Source of the DNA: Bilabrum cf. latius
Lineage: Eukaryota
Direction of reading: 5' to 3'
DNA: 64,000 bases
NCBI GenBank assembly: GCA_965178125.1
Contig: OZ237735.1
Span: 1,240,001-1,304,000 of the forward strand
How positions within the stretch are numbered: position 1 is the stretch's first letter; each line of letters begins with the position of its first letter. Of the stretch, positions 60,372 to 64,000 are shown piece after piece. The position numbers and the translations under genes are program-made. The notes below the pieces were generated by a model. The model was not told where the DNA came from, searched no databases, and saw only the letters and a program-made list of their open reading frames with translations.

Positions 60372-61859
60372 TCAACCTGAAACAAGCTTCACAAGCTGGC
60401 CCGACGCTGCCCGAAACAACCTATCCCTCACAGCCTCCGCGTCCTCGTGCTCGCTCACACCAGGCACCACAAGCGGATCAGCAATCAGCACGGCGGCGCC
60501 TGGCTGGCTTTCTGTCCAACGCAGCGTGCCAAACACATGCTATCTGGCCACTCTGACGTCTCCATCCGGTGCCAAGTCCGTGTATGCCGCCGCAAGCGGC
60601 CGCAAAGAGCGCAGCCAGCAGCCGGCGTCGATCACCACGCAGTCCTCAATCAATGGGAGCTTTGTGGCTGAATCAATTCCCTCTACCTGTGCAAGAACGG
60701 GAGCTGTTGCTCCGGACGACTCTCGGCTGCTCCCACTCGCACCAGCCTCAGACCCATGGCCAGCCCCAGCCCCTGCTGCATCACCACTAGCATCGCCGGC
60801 CCGACCTGCACGTCCAGCCGCACCCGTGAACGGAACACTATCGCCGCTAGATGATGCTTCTTCTCCGCGTGCAACTACCATGTATGTCGGTTTGTCGGGG
60901 GCATAGTGTGTCAGCAGCTGCCCGGGGGCCTCCAGTCCGGCTGCTCCGTCACCCGCCGGAGCACTTGCTCCGTGCTCGCTCCCAGCACTCTTGCTCGACC
61001 CCGACGCTCCAGCTGGATCAGCGTGTGATTTGGCTGCTTTTGCGACCAGCTCGATCGGCACGGCGCCAAACCCCGCGTCATCCAAGGCGGTCCGGATGGC
61101 CTTAATGGACACACCACCTCGACGGAACACAACGATGCGGATAGAGCTGCCCGCGCCTCCCGCAACTTCCGGTGTGTCTGGTACACAATCGGAGCTGGCT
61201 GCTTCGATTTCAATCTTCATCACTGTGGACTCGATCCCGACGTCGCAAACGGCGGTGGGAGCTGCTGCGTCATGTCCCTCAAAAAGTGACCCATCTCCGT
61301 CTACGATGCCAATAGAACAGTGGCCTAGGTCTTCCATTACATGAGCGGCCAGAGTTGGGCTGACGTGGCCAAACCTGTTTGCACTGGGTGCCGCAATGGG
61401 CAGCCCGGCAGCCTCAATCAGCGCACGGGCCACGGGATGCTTCGGAACGCGAATTCCAACGAAGCCAGTGGACGCAGTGACCTTAAGGGGGATGCAGTCT
61501 GCAGCTTTTCCAACGATTGTTAGAGGGCCTGGCCAAAACTTGTCTGCTAGCGAAGAAAATAGCTCCGTCCCCTTTGGAGGAAGCTGAAGCAACTCCAGGG
61601 CCGACTTTTTGGAGGTAACATGCACAATAAGCGGGTCAGAGAGCGGTCGTCCCTTATGCGTAAAGATGCTCTGGACCGCGTCCTCATTTAGAGCGTTTGC
61701 TCCGAGCCCATACACAGTTTCTGTTGGGAACGCAACACATGTGCCGCCTTGCAGCAACTTTGCTGCCTTGGAGATTCCCTCAGCGTCTGGTCTCAACGCT
61801 TGCGCTAAGCGCTTTACTGCTGAATGCACCATTGTTTTTACTGCCTGCACAGCAGCCAT
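60372..61859 (-). CDS. SUA5: Threonylcarbamoyl-AMP synthase Sua5 (YrdC + SUA5 domain); TAG read as Gln
   Basis: Motifs VAFPTETVYGLGANA, KGRPLSDPLIVH, FWPGPLT, PIAAPSAN, GIESTV, APGQLLTHYAP. The conserved tail VAR*HVFGTLRW..RDRLFRAASG lies beyond TAG 60540; ends TGA 60372. Confidence 0.93.
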
Positions 61860-61989
61860 GTTATCTCAGGAAATGCAACGACGTTCTCTGCTGGTGTTTG
61901 ACGATGGCACTTCCGGTTTTGCCAGCTGGTCCGGCGGCCGGATGATGTTTATGAATTGGGCTATTCCAAAGCACGTAGCATCTGCTTCG

Positions 61990-64000
61990 ATGCAAGATGA
62001 CCTAAGTCATCAAGGAGGCTTTATTGAACGGGTTCTATCGGACGTCCATGTTGCCCAGCCCCTGCTAGAGGCTGAGGCTTCCAATGAGACGTCTCAATCT
62101 GGCCCCTCGTCAGGTGCAGAGGTGCCAGCAGTTGAGAAACCGCATCCGTTCGAAGTTGCAGTTGGACATCTTAGCCAAGCACTTGCAAATACTGGGTCCG
62201 CGTTGCAGATGCTGGACGGCAGCCTGTCTTCAGTAGATCGCAAGCTACGAATCCAAAGTCGAAACCAGGCCCCGCCTCTTTTCGTTCCACTCCCATGCGT
62301 ATCAGATGGCGCAAGCGATGTCACTTCTGTGTAGCTTGAGATGAGCTTGCGCTCTCGACAGAAGGCGCTGCAAGAAGCAGCTGTGGCCCTGGCACACACC
62401 CACGCCGGAGCGGTTGCGTCCATAGCTCGTGGCCGCCGCCGACATGCGGCTGTAAGCGCTGCAATAAATGTAATCGCGAAAAGCTTCTGTCAATATGCTA
62501 GCAATGCTGGCGATCAAGCGGCTCTCAGCTGCCTGTAGGTCCCGTCGGTTAGCCGCCCGTCGTCCGGTTCGATGGACCGAGCGGTCGAAGCCAGGGCAGC
62601 GGCTCTCGGGCTGTGGCTGCTGCGGGCGGATGCACGTCTGCAAGCAGCTCTATGTGCGGCAAGTGTGAGCTAGTTTAGCTTGCTCGCGTTCGAAGGCACC
62701 GAAAGCGGCGAGGAGAGGCCGAGGAAGAAGCACCGATAGGGCGAGCACGGAGCAGGTGCGCGCGATGCTACGTCCCCAGGCAGCGACAGCACGAGCCTTG
62801 GTGATGTCGGCGCATCAAAGGAAGACAATGCCATGCAAGAGTGGGAAGAGCATCTGCAGTGGCCCCCTCCCATAGCATCGTTTGGCATAGGCGGCAGCAA
62901 GAGCGCGGTGTCAGCGACACCATCCCGGGGGGGGGCAGTGGAACCGTCCCAGGTGGGTGCAAACACCGCGGTGGTGTGTGCTGGATTCCTGCAGGATTAG
63001 TCTGCATCGAGGTCAGGCACGCACCCGTAGCTGGTACACCCTGCTGCCTCCACTGTGTTCGTGTTGCCGGATGCAGATGCTAGCAGCGAAGGCCCTGGCC
63101 GTGGGGCGGGGGCGGGGGCGGAGGCGAAGGCGGAGGCGAAGGCTGCTGGTAGTGAAGCAGGCGCTGCCCTGAGAAGCAGCAGCAGCTCAAGTTCCAGCTC
63201 CGGCTCGGCTTCCGTTGCTGCCGCCGCTGATTCAGCGCAAGTCGTGGGGTTCGGACCACTGGGTTCTCTGGGCTGCTCGCAGGCGCCTCTCGTGTTTAGC
63301 GCCACAGTGCTCGTGCGGGATGATGCTGCTGCCTCCAACGGGTGGCTCACGGGAGGAGGGCCCGGGGTTCCAAGTCGTGCTGCGCTGCAGGAAGCCATGC
63401 GAGTGAGACGACCTGCGGGGTGGCGAGTGGCAGCACGGGCAGAGTGGCGCGCGGGCAATTGCTTCGGGACTGAAGCGCCCGGTACAACTGCAGCCTCTGT
63501 GTCTGCGCAGGCAGGCAACATCATGTGTTCCCTGAATGCGCTATGGGGCTGGGTCCGCGTGCTGGCCTATGTCTCAACTCTGGAAGCTGAGTAGAACAAG
63601 GACAGTCCAGGGGGCATCGAGTAGGGCCAGGCCGCGATGGATGGCGTTGATGGATCCGAGGGTGGTGCATCACTTCGAGCTGCCGCTGCACTGGTCCGTG
63701 TTTCTGGCTCGGCGCCTCTAGGGGTTGAGCACGCATTGGCTGTGCTTGGGAGCGCAGCCTCTGCGCCTGGCGAGACAGGACGCGGCACCGCCGCCCTCGA
63801 GCGAGCATTGCTAGTCGATGCATTGAGTGGATGCCTGGACGACGTAGCAGTGACACGGCTGCGGGCTGCCGCAGCTGCCGCGTCCAAGGTGGGCAAAGGG
63901 GCTAGCTCGACACCAGACGACCTGGGCATCAGGGCCATTGCGGCCGTGCGGCGACTGTGCGAATGGAGATTCTTGACCATCCCGGCAGTCACGGACGGGT
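61990..64000 (+). CDS. Hypothetical protein running off the window (weak resemblance to Mediator Med17 N-terminus); TAG read as Gln
   Basis: One frame from ATG 61990 to the window end with about 8 TAG and no TAA/TGA. PFEVAVGHLSQAL and SLRSRQKALQEAAVAL loosely recall Med17; the product call is speculative. Confidence 0.55.

Noticed and set aside
1-64000. Mass pseudogenisation or sequencing error as the cause of the in-frame stops
   Set aside because: Interruptions are exclusively TAG, with no TAA/TGA or frameshifts in the conserved genes, and catalytic motifs are intact on both sides.
1-64000. tRNA (including a suppressor tRNA-Gln CUA), rRNA or eRF1 gene
   Set aside because: No cloverleaf or matching motifs recognised by eye in the short intergenic regions; the decoding machinery is probably encoded elsewhere.

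Overview
Gene-dense, GC-rich nuclear DNA of a flagellated microbial eukaryote. Evidence: GT-AG introns, RSPH9, SCLT1-like and PPP1R21-like genes; the gene style is stramenopile/bicosoecid-like, which is inference only. The key observation is a non-standard nuclear genetic code. Over 100 in-frame TAG codons interrupt about 18 otherwise intact genes, and they fall at positions where Gln is expected (conserved Gln columns, poly-Gln tracts). Every gene end I could place is TGA or TAA. So UAG most likely encodes Gln while UAA and UGA remain stops, and the fragmented ORF track collapses into about 23 genes: ankyrin/TRAF-Zn giant protein, C2H2 factor, P-loop NTPase, TPR protein, makorin, Ca2+ exchanger, D2HGDH, LRR-dual-specificity phosphatase, PKA-like kinase, RSPH9, BAR-PH-ArfGAP-ANK, NADPH oxidase, mitochondrial AspRS, SCLT1-like, PPP1R21-like, Sua5 and several unknowns. 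The second highlight is a single ORF that appears to fuse SH3 + p22phox-like + NOX2-like catalytic domains. All homologies were judged by eye from remembered motifs; no database searches were run.
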